From: Caecitellus pseudoparvulus | Taxonomy: Eukaryota; Protista; Bigyra: Bicosoecida | Length of the DNA stretch: 27,996 nucleotides | Direction of reading: 5' to 3' | Assembly (NCBI GenBank): GCA_965644315.1 | Contig: CBFFRQ010000190.1 | Location: 1 to 27,996 of the forward strand | Part shown: positions 9,201 through 18,407 of the stretch, piece after piece | Numbering within the stretch: the stretch's first letter is position 1 | How the letters are laid out: each line of letters begins with the position of its first letter | The notes under the pieces: generated by a model | Seen by the model: only the letters and a program-made list of their open reading frames with translations | The model's database searches: none | Told to the model about the DNA's origin: nothing | Translations under genes and position numbers: made by a program

Positions 9201-10757
9201 CAACTATGCAAAGCTTGCTGTGTGCGGCGTCTTGCCAACACACATCCGGGCGACGAAACTCCGCAGCATTATCTTCATGAAGCTGCTGAAGAATGTCCAA
9301 GTGCCCACCCCCATGGCCAAGGCGCTGTCCATCAGCCTGCGCCAAGCCCTGGACCTGCTGCCCTCCCCCCTGGACATGGCCAGCATCTTCCTGGCCAATG
9401 TCCGCCTCGACAGGCCAGGCGCTGGAGGCATCCCAGATCCATGGGCCTTACACGGTCTACTCGACCTCTGGCTCCTTGGATGCCTCCCTGACCGCGCACG
9501 CCTGGAGGCTGTGTGCCTGGAGCCGCCGCCTGACTCTGCCCCAGACACACACGGGGTCGACATCACCGCTGGGATGGACCCCGCCCCCCAAGATCCAGCT
9601 GCTTGGACTCGCGGCAGCGGAGTCCTCAGATCTGTCGGCTGCCCCCCAGTTCCCGGACACCACCCCCTGGGCCACTCGGCAACGCGTCGTCGCCTCCTTC
9701 CTTCATGTGGCCCAGACGGTCAAGTGCGGTGCAGTTGGCTACACTCCCACGGGGGAGATGAAGGCCACCAGGCGTCCGAAGGAGTACCACATCGGTGTGG
9801 GTGCTCGCTTCTTCGCCTGGCTGCACCCGATCCCTTCCTCTGTGAACCCAGTCTTCTGGGTCCACGAAGGCGATCAGGAGAGACGTGTGAAGGTGCACCT
9901 GTGGCAGACGCTTCAAGTGTTCAACGGGGATGACACCCCGACACTGTTCAGCGCCTGCCCCCTGTGCCACAGCGTCTCCTGGTGCAGCCTGCAGGAGCAC
10001 GTCCTTCTTGACTGCCCCCACCACGCCCTGGTCCCTGCGAGAAGGTCCGCCCTGTCAGAGGTGCGGAACCTCCTGTCCAGATCCAATGATGCAGTGAGGG
10101 GGGTCGCCAACTGCCAGTACCTCGAAGTACCCCCCACTGCTGGATGCTGTTGTCCACGCCGACGAAGGCCGCTTGTTGGGCCGCCCGTGTCGCCTGCTGC
10201 TGCTGCGACTGCTGCTGTGCGGCCAGTGGCCCCATCGGTGGGGCCAGCCTCCGGCACAACAGCCCTGGAGTCCCGAGGCAGCCGCGGTCCTGAGTAACCC
10301 CCATGTCACTCTCCGCGGCTCCTCGGGTCCACTCCGCCCCCCCAAGTACTGGCGCGAGGCCCTGGTAGCTGCCACGGGCCTCGCGGTATCTGCGTGGGAC
10401 GCGGTGGTGACGTGCATGCTCAGCCTTACCTCTCGTGCCGACCGTCACATCCAGAGGCACGCCCGGTACCTCTGGTGGGCGGCGCATGGACGAACGTGTC
10501 CTCTCCCAGGTTACTCGGCTCCTGATCCGAGTACTGTGAGGAAGCATGTGCGGGACGTGAAGACGCGGCGCTTCGAGCGCACTTACTTCCCTGTCAAGTC
10601 CCCTCGTCGGCCGCCTCGCTCCTTCACGAGGCAGGCCACCTTGCTCGACTTCGGGCTGGCACGGCCGGAAGTCCACGAGGAACCTCCGGCACCGTCGATT
10701 TCATCCTCGGCGTCGTCCTCTGGGTCGTCCTTGAAGTGTCCATCTGACTCTGAGTAG
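6207..10757 (+). CDS. Non-LTR ORF2 polyprotein: APE endonuclease + reverse transcriptase + CCHC zinc knuckle + extended C-terminus (~1515 aa once four frameshifts are bridged)
   Basis: APE motifs SWNV (6282), LCLTE, AYVP, MGDLN (~6738), LDHIL, SDH (7035). RT motifs LIPK, YRLI, EQAGF, FVDFKSAFDTVSH, GVPQGGALSPLLF, YADD (8644-8655), GLAINPRKS, YSYLGV. Knuckle CPLC-x9-H-x4-C (9956-10015). Spread over ORFs 6207, 7265, 7813, 9293 and 10173, with switches near C-runs. Confidence 0.93.
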
Positions 10758-11406
10758 CGGGCGATGTGTGTAGAGCGCGGCGCGAGGCGGTGCAAGCTTA
10801 CGGCGTGGCGTGGTGACAACCACGGTCGTGGCTGAGCGAAGTGCGAGAGCAGGGTGATGTGATGTCCTTGATGAATGACGGAACCTGCGGAAAGTTGGAA
10901 GATGATGAAGTGAATATGTCCAGTATACTTACATGATGGCTCGGGGTCCACGTGCAGCCCGAGATAGATTCCTGTGACGGGGCGCGCGGAATTTGGCAGG
11001 GTGAACACGCGGGCGCGCGGGGCAACGTCGCAGGCGGGGCGCACAGGTCCTCAGGGCCTTGAGTGATGAGTCAGCTGGATTATCTGTGAAGAAAAGGAGG
11101 TGTTCTTGGTGTTCTTGGTGCGCGGGTGGCGTTGTTCCGGCGGTGCGCGCTGCTACCACCGGCGTGGTGCAGTGCAACACCGTCGTGAAACGCCACCCGA
11201 AGGCGGCCACTGCGGCTCAGGACAGCGCGCAGTGGCCCCAGGCACACGTGCAGTGCCTGGCAAGGGCCAGGAGAAGCGGGGGGTTTCTGAATTATGAAGC
11301 GAAGTGTGGACTGGAACGAAGCAAGAGTGGGCCCGGCCCCCTCTGGCTCAGCCGACTGAGCCGAGAGGGCGCGGGCGGGGCAGTTCGACACGTATGGGCG
11401 GGCGCG

Positions 11407-11589
11407 GGCGCGCCCTAGCAAGCGGCGGCTCATACAACGGACGTATGTCCGTGATGGCTGCAGACCCACGAGAGTGGGAGCCGCTGTAGCGCTCCTGGTG
11501 TGCCTTGTGCACAGCAGCGAACGCTACATGTGATGCCCAAGCTGTATCGCGTGCAAGCGTGAAGGCGACATGCAATGCATTGAATGAAC
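11407..11589 (+). other. Conserved 3'-terminal structured module, copy B
   Basis: GGCGCGCC(11407-11414)/GGTGTGCC(11497-11504), AGCGGC(11421-11426)/GCCGCT(11480-11485), ACGGAC-gtat-GTCCGT (11437-11452), CCCAC-gaga-GTGGG GNRA hairpin (11465-11478), CAAGCTGTA (11538-11546), TGCAATGCATTGA. Confidence 0.78.
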
Positions 11590-11631
11590 TAACCCTAACC
11601 CTAACCCTACCCCCTAACCCTAACCCTAACC
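11589..11631 (+). repeat. Interstitial telomeric array (TAACCC)~7 with one variant unit
   Basis: ctaaccctaaccctaaccctaccccctaaccctaaccctaacc. Confidence 0.95.
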
Positions 11632-12830
11632 AGCTTCATCTCGACGTGCACGTCCACACTTCGACCAATACTCAAGGCAAGAAGTTCCCGATCCACGCCC
11701 AAGTGGCCGATGGAGCTGGCCCAGACAAAACCAAAGTCAAGCCCGCGTGCATCCCCAGCACTTTCAACAGCGTAAAGGCATGTCAGAAAGAACATCCCCT
11801 GCACAGCAGAAAAGCGCCATTCTGACATGCCCATCGATCGCCGAACTCTCCCCGAGCATTCACGCCGCGAGTCTGCCCCCCAGCAAACTCAAGCAGCTCA
11901 AGGACGCTCACATGCCTGCCATGGCACATCTTCACAAGCCCGGCCCCAGATTCTTTCCCATTGCTTGCGTGCATGTCCACGGCTTGGCCCCTCAAAGTGC
12001 GAGAAGCTCCCAAAACACATCCACATGCCAGCCTGAAAGCAGCTTCACACATGGATCCACCCCTCGCGTGTTCGTCAGCTGCCCGGCCACCATGCAAGCT
12101 CAAAGGTGTCACCAACATCCCAGGTGTCCATGCTAGCGTGCGAGTCGAATCCTGGCCTCAGGCCCATTGAGGTCTGCTGTGTGCACGTCCACTACGCGCT
12201 CTCCTCCCAAAAACGAGAGTCTCTACTCTGCCCGCAGAAGTAGCGCGGCTCTGCGCCCCTGTCGAGTGCTTGTGCCGTCCCAAACGGCATCTTTGCCAGC
12301 CTGGACAGCAGCAGGCCCGGCATCAAGCCTGTCCTGGAGTGGAATGATGCGGCTGCCCAGTCAGCGCCAGTAGCTCTCGCAAGACACCCACATTGACACC
12401 TTGGAAAGCGAGGCGAAAGCCGGCCCAATTTCTGGCGTGCACATCTACAACCCGCTGCTCAGGAAAAGCCAGGAGTTCTCGCACGGTTTCCACATGGCCA
12501 AATGCACATGCTTCGCGGAAGCCAGCCTCAGGCACACCCCTTGGCCCGGCATGCACATCCACTGCCCGGCCACCCTCCAAGGCAAGTAGCCCACGGACCA
12601 CTTCCAAGTGACCGTTCTTGCACGCACCTCGGAACCCTCCTTCGGGCCCCAGCCAGTCCCTTGCGTGCACATCCACGTCCCGCGGACCAGTCAGAACTAC
12701 GAGTTCACGCACGATGTTGTCGTGACCACGCCTACATGCCCCCTGAAATCAGACCTCTCGCCCACCCAGGCCGCCAATATACACATCCAATGCACTGTCG
12801 CCTGCCAGTGCCTGGACATAGCGAACTTCC
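11632..12830 (-). pseudogene. Degenerate ankyrin-repeat gene, truncated at the telomeric tract
   Basis: Repeated units like GFRGACKNGHLEVVRGLLALEGGRAVDVHA / GFREACAFGHVETVRELLAFPEQRVVDVHA (ORF 12323..12712). More decayed copies in other frames (EAAFRLAC..AVDMHA; FVWASSIGHLGVDRELLALSIGRSVDVHV), with stops and frameshifts between them. The upstream boundary is approximate. Confidence 0.82.
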
Positions 12831-13573
12831 TGCACCCTTCCGTCTCAGCAAGCTGCCAGGAGTTTGGCTTCGCTGCTGGCACCTCCTTGTCCACCTCCCA
12901 GCATGAAAGGGCTGGTCAGACCAAGCGACATCATTGGCTCCAACGGCATGAAAGAGCCTGCAGCTCCGAACGGTCCTTGCCATCCCTCCTCTGTCGCTGC
13001 TCCATGCGGCTGTGCATCCACCGTGGTCCAGCAAGCAGATTCCGCAACTCCGCATGCACTGCAGCTGTCCCATGTGCGCTGCAGGCTTTGCAACAGCAGT
13101 CCGCCCACACTTGAGTATATTCACCCCACCCCTATCATCCACTTGAGCGACTGACTGCAGGTGTGAATTGCATCGCACCTCGTGTTTGCGCTGGCGCTGC
13201 CACTGCTTCGCCCAGCTGCTGGCCACGCCAAACACCCACCACTGACGCTCCACCCTTCCCGCAAGGCCTGGCGCAGCAGCACACCAGATCCCAACTTTCA
13301 ACCAAAGCTACTACACCATCTCAGGCCTTCGCCATCCTGCACACCTGCTCAAGCTCCCCGCCAGACCGCGCAAGTGGCACTCTCGAGCCACAGCAAGCAG
13401 CTCTGGAAACTCAGCAGTCTCAGTACGCCCACCCTGACCTCATCCACACACAATGCGCCAAGCAGCCATCTGTGTTCAAGGTGCATTGCCTTCACACAGC
13501 CCACCAGGTGCACAACGTCAGCCTACCCGCACACGAGCTTCGCACCGTAGCCACTGAGCAAACTCGACACACC

Positions 13574-16444
13574 TCAATCTTTGGGCTGCAGGTTCTTGAT
13601 GGCGTCGGTGATGCGCTGCTTGAGCGCGGTGGCCTTTTCCCTGAGCTGCTTCGCCACTTGAGAGGGGTCTGTTCCTGCCGCCAGGCCGAGGCCGCCCGCC
13701 AGGGGCATGGCGGAGTTGACCACTGCGCCAAAGGTGCTGCCGCCCGACATGGCCTGCACGCCCAGCAGGATGAAGACGAGCATGATGACGAGCAAGACCA
13801 CAAGCACCATGAGGCTGTACAGCAAGACGTCCCACGAGAGGCCCATTGCTGAGAGCGCTGCTTCGGTGATTTCCCGCAGCAGGATGTGGATGCCCGCCTT
13901 GAACTCCTGGCGGTCCAGCACGTTGTCGGACTCGATGACGTCCAGAGACGCGAAGATGCGCTTGGCTCGCTCGTTGGTCAGGGGCAGCGACGCATTGGCG
14001 GTGAAGTCCACGAACTCGTCGAAGGAGATGCCGCCGCCGTCCGTGTCAAAGGCGTCGTACAGCAGGTCGATGGCTTGGTCAGACAGGCGCCCGTTGACGA
14101 GGGGCAGGGAGGCGAATTTGTTGGCGAGCTTGGTCTTGGCGCCCGCCACGACGCTGTCCATGGTCGCCTTGGCCTTGTCCTTCGCAGCGTCCAGGGCCAC
14201 CTTGGCCGCTGCAGTTGCCGCGGCAGTGGCGGCAGAGGCAGCTGCGCCGGGGGATGAGGTGTCCACTCCAGCCCGCTGCAGCTGCTCCACGAGGCCCGTG
14301 ATGGTGTTGATGATGGTCTCCAGGCGGTCCTTGTTGAAGCCGCCGAACTGCAGGGCCAGCTTGCGCACGCCGGAGATGTCCCTGCGCGACAAGGACAGGA
14401 TGGCGTCCACGATGGCCAGGGCGCCGTGCTGCTCCACCGGCACCACGCTCTCCAGCAGCTGCATGATGTGCTCCTGCCGCTTCCCCAACTCCTCTGCCAC
14501 CGCCTTGCTCACTGCCAGCGCCTTCTTGGCAGAGCTGCCGCTGGTGGAGCCCGCTGCAGACACGGCCGCCGCAGCCGCCGCGCCACTCTGCCCTGCCGTC
14601 TGTGCTCGGGACGCGACAGAGGCAGCTGAGCCAATGACAGACTCAGCCTGTGACGCAGCGGCGTTGGAGACGTCCTCCAGGGCACGCAGACGGGCCTGCA
14701 TGAGCGCGATGAAGTGCTGGATGACGCCGAGAGCAGCCACGAGCTTGGGCTCGTTCTGCACCAGCGCCTGCACGAAGACGGGGATGGTGGTGAGGAGCTC
14801 ACCAGGGTTGCCGCGCAGGAGGATACCACCCAGCGTGACGGCCAGGAACTTGGGGTCGCGCAGGCGCTTGGCGAAGATCTCGTCGCCACTGCCCTGCGAC
14901 AGGAAGTCCGTCACCATGCCCAGGGATGAGAGGGCGCCCTGTGCTTGGGAAATGCCACCCGAGATGGCCCCTGCCGCGCTGCCCACAGCTCCCAGAGCAG
15001 AGTCCCGCGCACCCATGATGTCAGCACTGAGCAGGGATGACAAGTTGGCGCCGCCCACCATGCTGCTGGCGGCGTCCTGCGCCTGGCCCGCTGCTGCGCT
15101 GGCAGACGCACTCAGCGCAGCCAGAGGCGCTGCCACCGACGTCGCGATGCCATGTGAGACTTGCGACGCGGCGAACTTGACCACCGCCATGGAGGCCTGT
15201 GCAGCCTGCGACACCTGCCCCTTGCGGGACCGGGCCGCCTTGCCTGACGTGTCGCGCTGCAGGACCGCCTGCACCTTATCCACTGGCCCAAGCAGGCCCA
15301 GGGCAGACTCGATGGAGGATGTAGACACGCTCTGCAGCAGCTTCACCTCTTCGAAGCTGGTCAAGCCTGGAGGCAGCTCTTGGCCTCCCTGGGACACGTC
15401 CCTGACGCGCTGCACGATGGCCTCGGCGGCCGGCTTGGGCAGGCGGCGCAGCAGGACGCGGATGAGGGAGTTCCGGATGCTTTCGTTGTGCAGCAGGGTT
15501 AGCTGCACGGTGTTTTGTGTCAGCATGACGCGGGGAATGCCAAGGATGCGGCAGAGGCCTGTCGCGACGTCGCCTTGCATGAGGGAGAAGAAGCCGATGA
15601 GGACACGGTCCACCTCTGGCAGGACAAAGGCCGGGTTGGCGCCCCACACAGCCCTGGACAGCAAGCGCACAGAAGCGCCCTTCACGCCAAAGTACTTCTC
15701 CATCGTGCGGTTGGACATGCCCCGCAGGGACTGCAGCGGGTGCAAGCCCACCCCCACACTCCACCGCTGTGCCGCCTGCAGCACAGGCAGCACTTGGTCC
15801 AGCAACCAAGGCCGGCGGGTGGTTTCTTCGTCCCCGCGGTCGCCGGAAGATGCCGCCACAGCTGCAAGGGCTGGCCCGGCAGCCCGTGCGACAGGGAGAA
15901 TACGCAGCAATTCCTCAGCAGGCGGCAGACGCCCTGTCACGAACTTCAGGATGGTGCTGAGCACACGGGCCGTGGCACGCACAGGCTTGGCCTCACCGCC
16001 GACGTCGTCGTCTTCCTCCCTGCAGAAGGGGATGTTGCTAAAGCGGGCAGACTCCACACGCATCAACAGCTTCAGAGCCCTGTCCAAATCAATGCCGGCG
16101 CTGTCCCGCGTCAAGTCCAGGCCCGCCTCAGCGGAAGCACGTGCAAGGTCGTCGCGGACAGCCAGAGACTTGACGGCTGCCGCGGCATCGTGGGAGGACA
16201 GAGTGCGCATTTTATCTCCGTCGATCATCAACTGCACCGTCGCGGAGCTGCTGCGCGCGTCGCCCACCAGGCGGTGGAACTGGTTCATGTATTCCTCCTG
16301 CTTCTTGGGGAACTTGTCGCTCGTCTCCGCCTCCACGAACTCGTCCAGGCGGTCTCGCTGCGAGTACAGGTCAGACACAAACGCCATCTGCATGCGCATG
16401 GCATCGTGCACGGGCAGGTTGGCGCCGTTCACTGCCTCCACCAT
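13574..16444 (-). CDS. Large helical protein with C-terminal EF-hand pair and transmembrane segment; probably the 3' part of the SPRY gene upstream
   Basis: EF-hand-like YDAFDTDGGGISFDEF and FASLDVIESDNVLDRQEF, then the hydrophobic stretch VLLYSLMVLVVLLVIMLVFILLGVQAM and a C-terminal coiled coil. Strong GC3 codon bias. Confidence 0.85.
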   Translation of the reverse strand: MVEAVNGANLPVHDAMRMQMAFVSDLYSQRDRLDEFVEAETSDKFPKKQEEYMNQFHRLVGDARSSSATVQLMIDGDKMRTLSSHDAAAAVKSLAVRDDLARASAEAGLDLTRDSAGIDLDRALKLLMRVESARFSNIPFCREEDDDVGGEAKPVRATARVLSTILKFVTGRLPPAEELLRILPVARAAGPALAAVAASSGDRGDEETTRRPWLLDQVLPVLQAAQRWSVGVGLHPLQSLRGMSNRTMEKYFGVKGASVRLLSRAVWGANPAFVLPEVDRVLIGFFSLMQGDVATGLCRILGIPRVMLTQNTVQLTLLHNESIRNSLIRVLLRRLPKPAAEAIVQRVRDVSQGGQELPPGLTSFEEVKLLQSVSTSSIESALGLLGPVDKVQAVLQRDTSGKAARSRKGQVSQAAQASMAVVKFAASQVSHGIATSVAAPLAALSASASAAAGQAQDAASSMVGGANLSSLLSADIMGARDSALGAVGSAAGAISGGISQAQGALSSLGMVTDFLSQGSGDEIFAKRLRDPKFLAVTLGGILLRGNPGELLTTIPVFVQALVQNEPKLVAALGVIQHFIALMQARLRALEDVSNAAASQAESVIGSAASVASRAQTAGQSGAAAAAAVSAAGSTSGSSAKKALAVSKAVAEELGKRQEHIMQLLESVVPVEQHGALAIVDAILSLSRRDISGVRKLALQFGGFNKDRLETIINTITGLVEQLQRAGVDTSSPGAAASAATAAATAAAKVALDAAKDKAKATMDSVVAGAKTKLANKFASLPLVNGRLSDQAIDLLYDAFDTDGGGISFDEFVDFTANASLPLTNERAKRIFASLDVIESDNVLDRQEFKAGIHILLREITEAALSAMGLSWDVLLYSLMVLVVLLVIMLVFILLGVQAMSGGSTFGAVVNSAMPLAGGLGLAAGTDPSQVAKQLREKATALKQRITDAIKNLQPKD

Positions 16445-16459
16445 GTCCAGGCGCAGCTC

Positions 16460-18139
16460 CTAAGCCACGGCCTGGGACGTTAGCAACTCCCCGATCGGGC
16501 GGTACCCTGCCATGGCCCGAGCATTCATGTGCTTCATCTGGGCGCGGTGCACGTGGAAGCGGCAGTGGAACTTGCCCCGCACGACGCTGACGGAAAAGGC
16601 GGGGTAAATGGGCAGGCCTTGCAGGTCCAGGTTCTTGAATGCGACGCCCATGGGCGCGTCGAAGTTCCCATTCAGCCCGAAGGTCATGGTGCGCTTGTCG
16701 TAGTCCACGGCGCAGCTAATGATGTCGCCGTTCTCCCACTCACTGCCAAAGGAGCCGTCATCTCCGCCATTCCACTTCTTCCGGCGCTGGCCGTCCCAGG
16801 CCCACGAGTTGGGGTCGTCGCCAACGCCATTGTTGCGCTTGGTCGTGAAGGCGTTGTTCACCCAGCCCACCTGCAAGTACCGGTCTCGCCCAGAGAACAT
16901 CTGCAGCTCGTAGTAGTACCTGCCTGATGTCACCGCTGCGCCAGGGATGGCCACAGTGGGGAACGAGGACGCCTTGCTGGTGTTTAGGGAGTACCGCACA
17001 CGGCCACTACTGTCCCCCATGAACAGCCCATCGATGCCGAGGATCTGGTACTTCCGTCTGCTAGACACCATTGGCAGGGGGTGCATTGGCCCACCAGCGT
17101 TGAACTCGGGCGCATACTTGCTCTGCAGCACCTTGCGGCTCTCGCTGCCCGCATACCGCAGCGCGTCGTTGCTGTCGTCCATGACTGCAAAGTCAAAGTA
17201 GTCCTCCGCCTCTGCCACCTGGTCGCCGCCCTTGGGCGACATGGCCGAGCCACGTTGAGGGTGTCCCTTGGAGTCCGGTGAGCCGAAGCCCTTCTTCTTG
17301 CTCTGCCCTGTGAGGAGCCGCATGGTGCTCATCTTCAGCATGGCGTCCTCCTTGTGTTCGGCCAGGTCCTCATCATCCTCACCAGGGTTGCCACTGGAGG
17401 AGAGGCGGCCGGGAGAGCCGCCCTGGGCTGGTTTGGCCTGCCCACTGCCAGGTTTCTGCTTCTCTTCCGTTTCAAATCCGCCTGGGCTATCTGCCCGACC
17501 CGAGGCAGGTGTGGGCAGAGGAGGCGACGCCTTGGACTCACCAGCGCCATCCTGCGGCACAGACGATGATGACTCGTGCAGGCCACTCGCCCCGGACCCT
17601 GTCAGCGTTGTAGACGGCTCCACACGGGCATCCACCGCCGAGGGCCGGTGACCGGCGCCAAGTCTGCTCAAGTCCACTTTGGACACTTGCGTGGAGGGAT
17701 CCTCCACGTGGCTTGCTTCAGACGAGCAGATAAAGTTGTTGTCCGTGTCCAGAGTCATCAGCTTGATCTTGCGGTCGGCGCCAGTGGTGATGAAGAGGAA
17801 GTCAATGGCAGCGGACTCCCTGTCCACCCGCAGAGTCGGCATTGAGTAGCTGATCCACAGCTCCATCTTGTGCCGGGAGTCCTTGCTCATGGGCACGATC
17901 TGCGTGATGCTGCCCTCGTGTTGGGGTGCCATCTCAGCCACCACCCGCCAGTCCATCCACAATGACTCCGTGACATGAGCAGAGCGAGGCGCGCCGACCA
18001 CGGCCAGCAGACGCCCACGTGACGTGCCCACCAGGATGACGTCGTTGGGGGTGGGCATGCTGGAACGCGGCTCATTCACCACGAGAACCTCTTCCTCGTT
18101 GTGCCTCGAGCCAAAGCAAGCTGACAATGGCAGGTGCAC
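16460..18139 (-). CDS. WD40-like + SPRY domain protein, in frame with the downstream EF-hand ORF; true start uncertain (first ATG 18058)
   Basis: SPRY motifs GRYYYELQM, LQVGWV, GVGDDPNSWAWDG, WENGDIISCAVD, MTFGLNG, IYPAFS, GYRPI. WD-like strands ILVGTSRGRL, HEGSITQI, FITTGADRKIKL. Confidence 0.85.
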   Translation of the reverse strand: MHLPLSACFGSRHNEEEVLVVNEPRSSMPTPNDVILVGTSRGRLLAVVGAPRSAHVTESLWMDWRVVAEMAPQHEGSITQIVPMSKDSRHKMELWISYSMPTLRVDRESAAIDFLFITTGADRKIKLMTLDTDNNFICSSEASHVEDPSTQVSKVDLSRLGAGHRPSAVDARVEPSTTLTGSGASGLHESSSSVPQDGAGESKASPPLPTPASGRADSPGGFETEEKQKPGSGQAKPAQGGSPGRLSSSGNPGEDDEDLAEHKEDAMLKMSTMRLLTGQSKKKGFGSPDSKGHPQRGSAMSPKGGDQVAEAEDYFDFAVMDDSNDALRYAGSESRKVLQSKYAPEFNAGGPMHPLPMVSSRRKYQILGIDGLFMGDSSGRVRYSLNTSKASSFPTVAIPGAAVTSGRYYYELQMFSGRDRYLQVGWVNNAFTTKRNNGVGDDPNSWAWDGQRRKKWNGGDDGSFGSEWENGDIISCAVDYDKRTMTFGLNGNFDAPMGVAFKNLDLQGLPIYPAFSVSVVRGKFHCRFHVHRAQMKHMNARAMAGYRPIGELLTSQAVA

Positions 18140-18407
18140 GGGGTGTTGCGTGAAGCTTGGTATCGTGGATCACGAACATGACACCAATATGCACACGAGC
18201 GGACTTTGTCGCCAAGCACATTGGGGCTGAACTGAACGCTTTTGCTGAGCTGGGGAGCAGATTGGGGCTCCTGTCACCACTCTGATCAGCCAGCCAAACG
18301 ATGGCATCCCATCTCTTCCGCGCCAGGTTAGGCTAGCTTCACCTCGACGCACAATCCCGCTGCCCGACCAGCACTTAACTTGCATTAACTGACGTGCTGC
18401 CTTAACA

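Larger units (their letters stand above)
6186..11589 (+). mobile_element. Unit B: APE-type non-LTR retrotransposon (ORF2 only) flanked by telomeric arrays
   Basis: EN-RT-CCHC ORF starts ~21 nt after the telomeric array, followed by ~830 nt of 3' UTR, the shared terminal module and telomeric repeats. No poly(A). Confidence 0.93.

Noticed and set aside
6207-10757. Bacterial retron, group II intron, DGR, or telomerase/Penelope RT
   Set aside because: N-terminal APE domain, LINE-type RT motifs and a CCHC knuckle identify a non-LTR retrotransposon ORF2.
11632-12136. Second copy of the unit M ORF after the third telomeric tract
   Set aside because: No alignable similarity to M; the minus strand reads as decayed ankyrin repeats.
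16460-16462. TAG codon reassignment
   Set aside because: Only one in-frame TAG in several kb of long ORFs, and TAG appears to terminate ORF2 at 10757.
13707-16463. 918-aa + strand ORF
   Set aside because: Antisense shadow of the GC3-biased minus-strand EF-hand gene; Ser/Arg/Thr/Met-rich with no domain.
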